The notes beneath the pieces were generated by a model, which worked only from the letters and a program-made list of their open reading frames with translations, made no database searches and had not been told where the DNA came from. From a virus (Duplodnaviria; Caudoviricetes): a stretch of 62,046 bases of DNA. The stretch is taken from IMG/VR virus record IMGVR_UViG_3300032295_001918, positions 1-62,046 of that record; one strand, given 5' to 3'. The position numbers were made by a program, and so were the translations under genes. Shown here piece by piece: positions 37,410 through 50,200 of this stretch (the stretch's first letter is position 1; every line of letters starts with the position of its first letter).

Positions 37410-40400
37410 ATGGCTAAACAAAAAGGCAATCTCAACAATCCAACCAATCCTACCAATCCAAAAACTCCTCAAAAAAAACAAAAGGGTACTGGAGAAGAAC
37501 AGGTGTCTAGTTCAATAGCTAAATTGGAAAAAGAGAGAAAACAATTATTAGTTCAAATAGCTCAAATAAAAAAAACAATAACTGGGCACGATAAGGCTAA
37601 TAAAGCTGAAATGGATAAAATAGTAGAGTTAGAAAAGACACGAAAAAAAGTTGCCAAAGAGTATTATGAAATTTCTCAAAAATTATCAAAATTAAAACGT
37701 GAAGATTTTGAACGTTTAAAAAAGACGGAGAAGATAGAAAAGGATAGGGCTGATAAACTAAAAGATGATGAAAGTAGTTTCAAAACTATAAGGGACTATA
37801 ACAAGGAATTAGCGGGCATTCAAGAAAATTCCGTAGCACTTATGCGTTCTATGAGTGCGGAAACACAAAATCAATCTAAGCTAATTGGATTGACGGTATC
37901 AAATACTAAGGCACTTGCTGATGAAATGAAGGATGCTAATATAAGATCCACTCAATCAACCAAAGTCAATGAAGCTTTCTCAAAAACAATGGAAGGTACG
38001 GTAAACATTGCTAAAGAATTGGATTCTATGGAATCAAAAATTGCTGAGGGGATTGATAATTTAGGGCAAAGACAATATGAGATGATTGATCTTTATCAAC
38101 TTGAGAGAGACATAAAACAGCAAATAGCATTGGTGGATTTAAATGCTGATAAGATGGGGGAAAAAAGAGCGGGTATGCAAAAAAATGTATTAAAGTCGTA
38201 TGAAAATCAATTACAACGTGTTAAATCTATAAATAAGTCCGTAGCTCAACAATCCCAAGAAATGTATAAAACAAAACAGGCAACCGTAGATACACAAAAG
38301 GCTATGGCAGGAGTAGCTGCCGCTGTTCCAGCAGGAGGACTGCATAAAAAAATGGAAATGGATAAAGCTGAAAAGAGCACAAGAAACATATCAGACAGAT
38401 TGGTTTCTTTAAAAAATAAAATAAAGGGTGCATTTGAAGTAACGTTTAATTTTTTATCTGGAGTATTTTCATTTGCAACTACAATAATAAAATTCTTCTT
38501 CGGTGCAGCGTTACAATTAGATGAAGTAGTTGCAAAAATTGGTGTTGGACTTAATGTAACACGTGGTGAAGCTATTAAAGTAACTCAACAATTTGCTGAT
38601 ATGGCAATGAAAGTTAATTTGGTTGGTGTCAATTGGGAGCAGTTTTTAGAGACAACAAAGCAACTTTCAGATGACTTTGGTATAGATCCAATGAGAATAA
38701 TAGATTCAAAAGAAGCTATGAAGAATGTTGAAGTTATGACAATTTTACGAGAGAAGTTTCAACTGACAACGGAAGACTCACAAAAATTCTTTGAACTGAG
38801 TGTAATTCATGGAAAAACCATGGATCAAATGGTAATGAGTGTTGATAAGATGAGTAAGGGTATAATGAACTCTCGTTCTGCACTAAAAGCTTTAGCTGCT
38901 GTTCCAAAATCTATTCAAGTAAACATGAAAGATTCTTTGAAAGATTTGATTCATTTTGCTAATAAAGCAAAACAGTTGGGAATGGATATGGATCAATTTA
39001 AATCCACAGGTGATTTTTTAATGGACATAGAAGCTTCACTTGAAGCTGAAATGATTTCGACATCACTAAGTGGAGTTCGTGTTGCAAGCATGGACGCAAT
39101 TAGATTGGCATTTTTTGAGGGTGAATCAGCAAAGGCATTAGACCTATTAGATCAATCTATGGGTTCTTTAGCAGATTTTGAAAAATTAAAAAGACGTGGG
39201 GGAGTAATAGCTCAGGACGCTTTTGCAAAACAATTCGGAATGGATAGAGAAAAATTGGTAGACATGTTGACAAGAAAAGACGCTATGAAAAAATTAGGTC
39301 TTTCAATGCAAGAGGCGGCAATATTAGAAGCTAAAAACGCAAAAGAATTACGGGAATATGCTAAACAGGCAGCTTTAATGGGCAAACAAGGTCAAGCGGA
39401 TTATGCGAATAAATTAGCTTTGGAAAAAGAAAATGCGACCTTAATGCAACGTTATGACGACCAAATGACAAAAATTAAATTACAGGTTATGCAAACTGCA
39501 TTACCAGTATTGGATGTTTTACACCAAATAATGACTGAAATTATTAATTCTGGAATTATAAGAGATATAATTGATGGATTGAATGGGGTTGCTAAACCAA
39601 TGGCAGATATATTAGCAGCGGGTATACGTTGGGCACTTAAAGGGCTAAGATATATTATTGATTTATTTAAACAAATGACATCCGAAGGTAAGGGATTTGG
39701 TGAATTCTTAGGCGAACTTATTAAAATGGCTGCAAATGCAATTTCTGGTTTATTTGGCGGTGTAGATTTATTTCCAACGGATGGCGTAAAAAAAATGGGT
39801 GAAGAAGTTGATAAAACCAATAAAAAGTTGTCTTTTATGAGTTTGCTAACTGGAGATATAGGTGGGTTTTTTGAAGACCTCGGTGGAATATTAATGAAAT
39901 TTTTTAGTGAAAATAAAACATTAGTATATGTAGTTGGTGGATTTATAGCTTTATGGAAAATATTAGGGTTATTTGGTAGAGGTAAGACTGGTTTAATAGG
40001 TAGTTTAGTTGGATTAGCTGGTGCAATATGGGTAATATCAGATGCAGCTGAAAAATTAGCTAAAGCGGGAACCGATGGACAAATTGGATTGGGTATTGTT
40101 GGTGCTATGATAGGTGGAATAATGTTTGCAATGAAGGCACTAAAAGGTTCGGTTGCTGCTGCTGGAGAAATTGCTATTGTAGTTGGAACAATATATGCTA
40201 TTGCTGGTGCAATATACGCCTTTGCAAAAAGTGCCGAATTGTTTGCAGAAGCAGCTCATAAAACTGCAAAAAGCTTTGAAATAATTCAAAATTTAGATTG
40301 GGGTAAGATATACAAAGCAGCTGATGCTATGGACGAATTTTTTAAGAAAATGGGTAAAGGTGAGGGTATTCTAATGAAGTCTTTCAAAGAGACATTCTTA

Positions 40401-41192
40401 GGAGTATTTGGAACTCAAAGTCCACTTGAAAAGATAGTCGATTTTATAGCAAAAATAAATATGAATAGAATAATGGCATTTTCTGGAACTATGAAACACT
40501 TGGCAGTTGGACTGAAAGAGGTTTCAGAGGCTTTAGAAAAAATGGACGATAAGAAAATAAATGCCTTATGGGATTTCGGAAAAGCCTTGGATTTCTTAGT
40601 AAAATCATTTAGTAGATCAATGGACGATAGGGGTAATAGTAAATTAGTATCTTTATTTGGTATATTAAATGTAATGGAAGCTACTAAAGTAATTTCATTA
40701 AGTAATGCAATATTTTACATGGCACAATCACTCGAATCGGTTGGCATGGCTTTAAATAAATTAGATGTTTCTAAATTAAATAGTGTTTCTCTTAAAATGC
40801 AAGGGAAGGAAGAAAAACGAAATACTGGACTTTTTGGTAGTGTTACAAGTCTTGTTAAGAGTGGTTTAAATAAAGTATCTTCATTTTTTGGTTTTGGTGA
40901 AGAAAGCAATAAGCCTGTTGTAAACATACCACCTCCACCAAAATTTGCAACTATTCGTACATCTAACAGTAATTTTGGTAATGCACCTCAAACTCAAAAT
41001 GTAAATCTTAACACAGAAAGAATAGAGCAAAAATTAGATACTATGATAAAAGTATTGAGCTCATTGTCTACTCAAAAGGCTGAAATTAAGTTTGGTGAAA
41101 GATTTATCGAGGAAATCAGTGTCTCATTGAATGCACGGAGTGATGTCAACGCTAATGTTGATAATAGTACTGGAAGATTTTTAAAAAGGTAA
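37410..41192 (+). CDS. Tail tape measure protein
   Basis: 1260 aa, long helical coiled coil with Ala/Gly hydrophobic segments; follows the chaperone pair. Confidence 0.85.
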   Translation: MAKQKGNLNNPTNPTNPKTPQKKQKGTGEEQVSSSIAKLEKERKQLLVQIAQIKKTITGHDKANKAEMDKIVELEKTRKKVAKEYYEISQKLSKLKREDFERLKKTEKIEKDRADKLKDDESSFKTIRDYNKELAGIQENSVALMRSMSAETQNQSKLIGLTVSNTKALADEMKDANIRSTQSTKVNEAFSKTMEGTVNIAKELDSMESKIAEGIDNLGQRQYEMIDLYQLERDIKQQIALVDLNADKMGEKRAGMQKNVLKSYENQLQRVKSINKSVAQQSQEMYKTKQATVDTQKAMAGVAAAVPAGGLHKKMEMDKAEKSTRNISDRLVSLKNKIKGAFEVTFNFLSGVFSFATTIIKFFFGAALQLDEVVAKIGVGLNVTRGEAIKVTQQFADMAMKVNLVGVNWEQFLETTKQLSDDFGIDPMRIIDSKEAMKNVEVMTILREKFQLTTEDSQKFFELSVIHGKTMDQMVMSVDKMSKGIMNSRSALKALAAVPKSIQVNMKDSLKDLIHFANKAKQLGMDMDQFKSTGDFLMDIEASLEAEMISTSLSGVRVASMDAIRLAFFEGESAKALDLLDQSMGSLADFEKLKRRGGVIAQDAFAKQFGMDREKLVDMLTRKDAMKKLGLSMQEAAILEAKNAKELREYAKQAALMGKQGQADYANKLALEKENATLMQRYDDQMTKIKLQVMQTALPVLDVLHQIMTEIINSGIIRDIIDGLNGVAKPMADILAAGIRWALKGLRYIIDLFKQMTSEGKGFGEFLGELIKMAANAISGLFGGVDLFPTDGVKKMGEEVDKTNKKLSFMSLLTGDIGGFFEDLGGILMKFFSENKTLVYVVGGFIALWKILGLFGRGKTGLIGSLVGLAGAIWVISDAAEKLAKAGTDGQIGLGIVGAMIGGIMFAMKALKGSVAAAGEIAIVVGTIYAIAGAIYAFAKSAELFAEAAHKTAKSFEIIQNLDWGKIYKAADAMDEFFKKMGKGEGILMKSFKETFLGVFGTQSPLEKIVDFIAKINMNRIMAFSGTMKHLAVGLKEVSEALEKMDDKKINALWDFGKALDFLVKSFSRSMDDRGNSKLVSLFGILNVMEATKVISLSNAIFYMAQSLESVGMALNKLDVSKLNSVSLKMQGKEEKRNTGLFGSVTSLVKSGLNKVSSFFGFGEESNKPVVNIPPPPKFATIRTSNSNFGNAPQTQNVNLNTERIEQKLDTMIKVLSSLSTQKAEIKFGERFIEEISVSLNARSDVNANVDNSTGRFLKR

Positions 41193-41235
41193 TAATCTTA
41201 TTAAGTTATATTTATAGAAAAGATTAGGAAAACGA

Positions 41236-44200
41236 ATGTCACTTTTAGATTTAAAATCGGACTTATCTAAATATCGTTGGAAAGGACCAACCGCTCCCGT
41301 AGATCCAAATTCAAGGACTCCAAGAGCAGTTCAATATGGTGATAATTTTGCCTCGTTCCAACCAATATCAAATACTTTTATAAATCGTGGAGATTTACCA
41401 AAAATAAATTCACCAAAAGAAGTGGATTTAATTGGTAAACTAGATACAACACGCTTGGATGATATTCAGAATACGTTAACGGATAGTGATGTTACAAAAA
41501 AATTAGATACAACTCGATTAGATGATATTCAAAAACCAAGAACTGAAAATATATTAGTAAATTCGGTATCTCAACTATCTCCACAAAGTAAAGATTATAA
41601 CAAAAGTACATTTGGAAAAACTTCAGTAACAGATGTAGTATCTCAATTATCACGTATAGAAACGAATGTTTCTCAAACCAACATAACAGAATCTAATGTA
41701 GATATTATAAAGCGTGATAATCAGACTGGAAACATAAGAATACCTGACGTAAACATAGAACGTAAACCTCAAGAATTGCCAAAGGCTGGACAAGCACCAT
41801 TTATAATAAAAGATCCTTCGGAAGCTATAAATAATATAAAAGTTCCACTCATACCTATAACAATACCGAGACAGACGAAGGATAGAGAAACTGAGTCACC
41901 TAATATAGATAATAATCCAGAAACCTTTAGGTTATCGGTAAACAATGATGCTAATACCATATTAAATAGCACTAAGTTAGACATAAATGGAGCACCAATA
42001 AAATACAATTCAGCATCAAGAATAGCTCGTATATTCGGATTGAGTGATTTAAATTTAGATGGATCTATCCAAACAAATCCAAGTGGAAGGCATGAGACTG
42101 ATAGCAATAGTAATCTATCTAATAAGTTTGGACAACAATTAAATCAGTTTCCCGATGATAACGCCTCAGGATTTACTAATAACGCAGAACCATTAAGAAC
42201 TGAATATAGAACAAGTAGTTCTACATTGGGATATGATGCAATAGTAGAAGCTAATTATTTTGATATAACCAATAAATATACTCGTGATGGATTCCATGCG
42301 TTTGCTCAACCAGGGGAAACAACAAAATATAAAACAGATGCTTCTGATTTTGATTGGGAAGGACTTCGTAGAAATGCACCATCGGTAAACTACTTAGATA
42401 TAAATAATAAGAATACCACCGAAGGTTTTCATACATTTGCATTGACTCGTGAGAGAACACGTTACAAAGTAGATTCTTCGGATTTCGATTGGGATGGACT
42501 GAGTGTAAATGCACCATCTGTAAATTATTTTGATAGAAACAACAGAAATACAATACAGGGATTTCATACATTTGCATTTGAAAGGGAAGATACAAAATAT
42601 AAAACAGATTCCTCACGATTCGATTGGGATGGATTAAGAATAGCGGCACCAACAGTAAACTACTTCGATTTTACTAACCAAAGTACTGTACGTGGTTTCC
42701 ACAAATTTGCATTTACAAAAGAACCAACATCATATGCAACAACCCCCGTATTAGCAGGATTATCAGCATATAGTAACGCTGTAACTTTAAGAGCTAATGC
42801 ATCTCAATTTGATTGGAATGGTATAAGAGGTAACGCACCATCTGTAAATTATTTCGATACTAATACCATTCAAACTTGGAGAGGTTTCCATACGTTTGCA
42901 TTTGAACGTGAACCAACTTCGTATGCTACAACTGCAAACGGTCAAGTAATATTTCCCGGCAGTCGTCCTGTAACACTTACTTTTGGTGCTACTCGATTTG
43001 ATTGGAACGGTGTTAGAAGAAATGCACCATCGGTAAACTATTTTGATGTTAATACAATTCAAACTTGGAGAGGTTTTCATACTTTTGCATTTACAAAGGA
43101 ACCTACTTCATATGCTACAACTGCAAATGGTAGATTAGTTCTACAAGGTGGACCTCCAGTAATATTGACATTCGGTTCAACACAATTTGATTGGAATGGA
43201 TTTAGAGCAGCCGCTCCAGCAGTTAACTTTTTTGATTTAGTTGCTCAAAGAACTTGGAGAGGTTTTCATACTTTTGCATTTGAACTCGAACCAACTTCGT
43301 ATCAAACAACAGCAAACAATCAATTGGTTCTACAAGGTGGACCTCCAGTAACACTTACTCCTGGTCCGTTAGGTGCTACTCGATTTGATTGGGATGGATT
43401 GAGAGCAGCTGCGCCAGCTGTTAACTTTTTTGATTTATCAGCACCGTTTAGTACCTGGAGAGGATTTCATACATTTACTCTTTCAGGTCCGTTTGAACCA
43501 ACATCGTATGTTACAACAGCTAATGGTCAATTAATATCATCGTTTGGTCCTCCTGTAATACTTTTACCGGGTCCTACTGGTCCAAGTAGATTGGATTGGG
43601 ATGGATTTAGAGTAAATGCTCCAGCAGTTAACTTTTTTGATTTAACTGCACCTTTTAGTACTTGGAGAGGATTTCATACTTTTGCCCTTTCGGGTCCTTT
43701 TGAACCAACAGCATATAGAACAACTGCAATTGGACAATTAGTTTTAGCAGGAGGTCCTCCCGTAGCATTAATAGGCGGTCCACTTGGACCAACTCAATTG
43801 GATTGGGATGGATTTAGAGCAGCGGCTCCAGCGGTTAACTTTTTTGATTTATTAGCACCGTTTAGTACTTGGAGAGGATTTCATACATTTGCTATTGAAA
43901 GAGAACCAACATCATATCAAACAACTGCTAACAACCAAATAGTAACACGATTTGGTCCAGCCGTTACACTTACAACAGGTCCATTGGGCGCTACCCGATT
44001 TGATTGGGATGGTACGTTGGTAAATGCACCAGCTGTAAATTATATGGATTTTGGAAACCAATGGACTTTCAGAGGATTCCATACATTTGCTGTTGAGCGA
44101 GAAGCAACCTCATACCAAACACAGGCAATTGGAAATGTATTGATACTAAATACAAGAACAACTAGCCTTACTTCTGGTCCTTGGACTGGTCCAAGAGCGA

Positions 44201-47200
44201 ATGTAGCATTTCAAGTAGTAAATTATTTTGATTTATCAGGGCCGTTTAGAACTCGTAATAATGGTAGACGAGGATTTCATGCATTTGCACAGCCTTTAGA
44301 ACCAACTGCATTTAGAACCATAGCTGCAACACCGAGTTCAAGAACATTACCCGTATTTTTTGGTCCTGGTATAGATTTACATTGGTCAGGAGCAAGAAAC
44401 GCAGCTCCAGCTGTAAATTGGTTAGACCAAAATAATATAAGAACTACTCGTGGATTTCATACATTTGCTGTTGAACGGGAACCAACATCATACCAAACTC
44501 AATTAGTTGGCAGTGCATTGATATTACGTCCAACTGCTACTCGTTTCGATTGGGATGGACCAAGAAGTTTTGCTACAAGACGTACTGTAGATTTCTTCCC
44601 AAATACTTCTACTAGAAGAGGATTTCATGCATTTTCTAGAGAGAAAGAACAAACATCATACAATACCATACAAACAGGATTGGTGGAAATATTAGATAGA
44701 TTTGCTTCTTTCTTTGACTGGGATGGGTTCAGAACAGCTGCTCCAACAGTAAACTACTTTGATTTATCAGCACCGTTCAGAACACGTAATAATGGTACAC
44801 GTGGATTTCATACATTTGCATCAACAGGTGAACCTACAGCATTTGTTACACAAGGTACTTCTACTGGAGCAAGAACATTACCTGTATTTTTTGGTAGTGG
44901 TTTAGATTTACATTGGTCAGGGACAAGAAACACAGCTCCGGCAGTGAATTTCTTCCCCAATTGGCCAATAGCGGGTGGTTCAACAACACGAGGTTTCCAC
45001 ACATTCGCTGTTGAAAGAGAACCAACATCGTATGCAACAATACAGGTTGGTAATGTATCGGCATTACGGGCTGGCGTATCAAGATTCGATTGGACTGGAT
45101 TAAGGTCTGGAGCTCCAACGGTAAATTATTTTGATCCAAATAATATAAGTACTACAAGAGGATTCCATGCGTTTGCGGATTTAGGCGGCAGAAATACAGC
45201 TTATAATGTAGCAGCTGGTTTCAATCCAACATTGGGAACGACTGTAAACTTTTTGAATGCAGGTGCAACTCAATTTGATTGGGATGGTTTTGATCCATAT
45301 TCAATTCAAACAACTAGATTCTTTGGATTCAATCAAACAACAAGATTCGGATTTATGGTAAACATGTCTCAATTCGATGGGACTGCTTATCCTATAATAA
45401 CACCTAGATTCAATCCGAACTTACTAAGAATTCCAGGATTTCCACAAAGACTACAGAGATTTGCATTATCAACTATAAGACAAATAGCTCAGCCACTTCA
45501 AACCCGTGACTTAGAACAATTTGCACCATTAACTTTTAGTGGTAAAACAATATCTGGATTCAGATCAACATTAGACATACAGATTCCAGCGGTAACAATA
45601 CAGAAATTAAATTTAAACATCGCTACTAATCGTGTTCGTATAAATCCAGCTGCACCAAACTTTACAAAAAGATACACTACAGGTGGGGGTGTTGATGTTA
45701 GACCAAGTGTTGTTGATGGTAACATGGAAAGTTGGTCTAATGGTAACAACAGATTAATAGATAATCAGCACAGTAAATACTCACTAAGTTTAGAAGCGTA
45801 TAATGATGATATATTCATAGGACAGCCATTTGTCGATGGATCATTAAAAGGACCAGACTTCTTAAAAATATCAAAATTCGATGACGGATTGGTTCGTGGT
45901 GGTGTTATTGCTAATACGGTAAGGACAGTTTTAGATACAAAACGTATTGGAAAGTTTCTATTATCGGGACGAGGAATACTTTGGAACATAAAACAAGCTG
46001 GACTCCAAGCTATGAATCCAAACGTAGACATAGCAACAAGAAGAAATCCTATAGAGACTCTGTTAACATTAGGTAGAGTTCCTACTCAAGTCTACAATCC
46101 CCTATCAGTTCCTGCTAATATAACTGGAAGAAGTGTATTAGGACTCAGATTTACTCGTCATGGTATACTGATGGATGGTGTCGCTGGTAGATATGAAAGT
46201 GTATCTATAGAACGTGCCTTAAATTTAGATGATTACAATTATTTTGATGACTTAGACGTTAATCCAAAAAATAATTATAATAGACTCATAGGGTTGGTAA
46301 AAGAATTGTTACCAAACTCATATGACACTATTCGTGAAAATAGAATACCACAAAAAGATACAGATTTAGAAATAAACAGAATTTCTTCTGGATTTGGTGG
46401 ACCAAACTCATTATTGGGATTTTTTGGTACAACTATAAATCGTGCAAAACATCCGTTTAAAATAGTAAATACTACTGGTTATTTTCCGGATAAAATAAGT
46501 ATAGGGTTGGGATTTGATAGGGAAGTATTTTTCTCTGCAAAATATGATAGGGGTACAAATCAACCGAATACATATAGATCAATGTTGTTTAGTGAGATGG
46601 AAGAATTTCAGGGTGATATGTACGGGCTAATACTAAGTGCTGCTAGTATATCTAAACCACAATCATTTGTCCCAACTTGGTCAGAAAATAGCAAAAATTT
46701 ATTTGACGATAAAAATATAAAATTTCAATTAATAACTCAAGACAGAATAAAGGGGTCTCAAGTATTTGAGTTTAAAAAGCCAACGGTTACTGAAAGATTT
46801 ACTGCTATGAATTCTGGGTGGATTCCATTCAGAGAATATAACGAGAGTATAGCGGAAGAAGTATTTTTCAGAGGCCCTGAATTTGAACAAACGTATTTTG
46901 ATAGATTATTTAATAGTGAGACTGGTGAATATACTAAATATGGGGGAGAAGTATTTGGTATAATATTGGGTTCAACATTGGGGCAAAGTGGAAGCTTTAG
47001 TCCATATTTGGAATTTGGTCCTCATTTGGTTAAACCTGAAGATTTTAAAATACCATTAAACAAATATGATAAACGTAGAATATTAGAATTAAAAACATTT
47101 GATTTTAAAGAAGCACCTGTAAAAGAAAGAGCTCGTTCTGTCAATAGTACGAATATAATGCCAAGAAAGGATCTAATAGGTTTGGCAGCTGATTCGATGT

Positions 47201-50200
47201 TTTTTAAAGGATCTATTTTAAATCAAGATACATCGATAACCATAGACAACTATGGCGATTTTTTAATATTAGAACGTGGTAGATTGAGTAATGCTTTTGG
47301 TTTATTATTAGCATCAACTGTTAATGATAAATTATTAGGAGTTAGACCATATTGGCAAGATGTAACATCGAAATATGCGGATTTTAATAATATTCGTATA
47401 AATTCAAAAACAAAAATTCTACTACAAAAAATCCAACCATTTAAGTTTTTGTTCCCGTTTGAAACTGATAGATATAGGGCTATAAACAGTGAAACAGCTA
47501 AAGATGCGTCATCTATACAAAATGCACAATCTCTATTAGATTTAATAAAATATGGTGAATATAAAGACCAACGAGATGGTAAAATAACATATGCTCAAAA
47601 ATTAAAAAATGATTACTCTCAAAATGATAGTACGTTCAAGGGATTGGTATTAGCTGCTTCTAAATTAGGTATAAGGGCTGCACAAGTAAAGGCGGTATCA
47701 ACGGTTGAATCGTCTGATCTAACTCAATTAGAAACATCAAACGGTCAGATATTTGGCGTGACAAACGGCATGGGTATGCAAAGCACGTCATATGTAAAAA
47801 TTGGTGGACCTCGTTTCCCAAATGAAGTATCTGGACAACAACACCTTTCTCCAGATGGAATAGAAACCGATTTAGATGACGAGTTCATTGGAACCGATAC
47901 TAAGAATAGAATTAAAAAATTAAGTCCATTTGAATTCAAATATCCGTCTGATTGGGAACGATTAGAAGCTATGACGGCCGATAAGATTAATCGTGAAGCC
48001 AATCCTAAGATGGCATTAGGTCCAAATATAGATAGATCTAACAATTTATATTCACAGGAATTAGATACATCCGATGACTTTACAACATTAGATTACCCAC
48101 AGTTAGGATTGGGTCATCAACCTAAAGACACAGACCCATCAGACTTTAGAACACTTTTAAATATAGAAAAATATAGCAGATTTTCGCACTCACCCGATAC
48201 AATTGACTATGACAAATTACATATAGAAAATTTAGGTCAGTACAGTGCTGGATTTGGTAATCCAGGAAAACGTGGATTTATAAAGGCATTTCCATTTATA
48301 TCAAATATCAAGTACACATCTGGATTAGCTAAAAATGTAAAAGATTCCTATAAACCTGAAGATAAGTCTAGAAGTAAAGCTGATACTTACAGATTAGCTA
48401 ATAGAAGATATGGTGCTTATCCAACCATAAAAGATGAAGTAATAACGCTAAACGATAAGTCTAACAATTTACCGTTAGATAGGAATTTTTGGAATGGGTT
48501 TCATGGTGATAGAATAAACATTATAGATTGGAAACGTCAAGAATATGATCTAAATTTAAACACCGTGTATGAACACGATAGATTTAATGATTCAAAGGAT
48601 CATTTATTATCTGCACAGGATTCCATACAGTTTTATTTCTCAGGAGTGGATCTTCAAGGAACAGCATATAGACCAACTGAAGCTTTAGTGTTTAGGGCAT
48701 ATTTAGATACAATAGTTGATAACCATAAACCAACTTGGACTCCAATAAAATACATAGGAAGAGCCGACCCAGTTTATTCGTATGATGGGTATGAACGAGA
48801 AATATCATTTGGATTTACTATTCACATTGGTAGTAGAGATGAATTGAAGGCTACATGGCGTAAATTAAACATGTTAGCATCATGGACTTCACCCGATTAC
48901 ATAGATCCAGGTTTTATGAAGGCACCAATATGTAGATTGAATATCGGTAATCTATACAGAAAATTCCCAGGATTTATAAGTACATTAAATTATACATTTG
49001 ATAATACACAAACAACATGGGAAACTGCTAAGTTAGCTGCTGATTTGGACTTAACAGATACGCAAAAAGTAACTACACCTGATGGAACTCAAATTTCTGT
49101 TGGTGAACTATCAAGGCCGGGTGCTTTGGAATTGCCAAAGACAATTATAGTTCAATGTACATTTGTAACATTTAACATATACAGACCTCAATGGGACTGT
49201 GTATTCTACTCATTATTTGATGATAGAAACCCATCTGGTTTTGAATCGGGTCTATTGCCAATGAGTGGTGATGTGGTAAATTATTTTAGAACTCACGATG
49301 ATTTGCCGATGAATCACCCTATGAACGCTTTGCTTTGTGGTGTTGTTCCACCACCACCTGAAGTTACAAAAGAATCACAACCACCAATTGATGAACCACC
49401 AACTGATGCACCACCAACAACACCACCACCAACAACACCACCGCCAACTGGTACACCACCACCAACAACACCACCGCCAACTGGTACACCACCACCAACA
49501 ACACCACCGCCAACTGTTACACCACCACCTACACCAACGGTGCCAACAACAACACCAATTATAATTCCTCCATGTGTTTGTAGGATAGATTTCTGTTTTG
49601 ATGAAGATAGAGAAATAACTCCACCTTCAAGAACTGCTATACGAACATATGTTGAGTGGTTAAAACGCTGTCCTGACTTGAAAGTTAAGGTTACTGGTTA
49701 CTGCTCAAAAGAAAGAAATAATCCACAATATAACATATATTTGTCTTGGGGAAGAGCAACTACAGTTGCAAATCTTCTTATAGAAGAATTTGGAATAGAT
49801 CCTAATAGATTAGTTATAGATGGTCAAGGATTTGGTGATGAAAAAACAGCAATTGATAAAAGGGGTAAGGGCCGTAATGCTACATGGCCTAGTCAAGAGA
49901 ATAGACGTGTAGAGATAACTCCATTATCGGGCGAAAGCATTGGGTGTGAACCGCCAAAGAAATGTCCACCAAAACAATGTCCTGTGACAGCAACTTGTTG
50001 GAGAAAGGATGGTACTAAGTTTTGGAGAGTTGGTCCACATTACTTTACTGGAACAGCTTTAGTAGAAGAGAATGGTAAGAACGTAGGAGAATCCTATACA
50101 GGATGGCCAAGAGGATACGAACCAAATTTCGATAAAACATCATATAAGTTTAGCATACCAACAAATTTGGATCAAAAAACAACATTCAATGCTTATACTA

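Noticed and set aside
49337-49564. His/Gln-rich 75-aa ORF
   Set aside because: It is an alternative-frame reading of the Pro/Thr linker.
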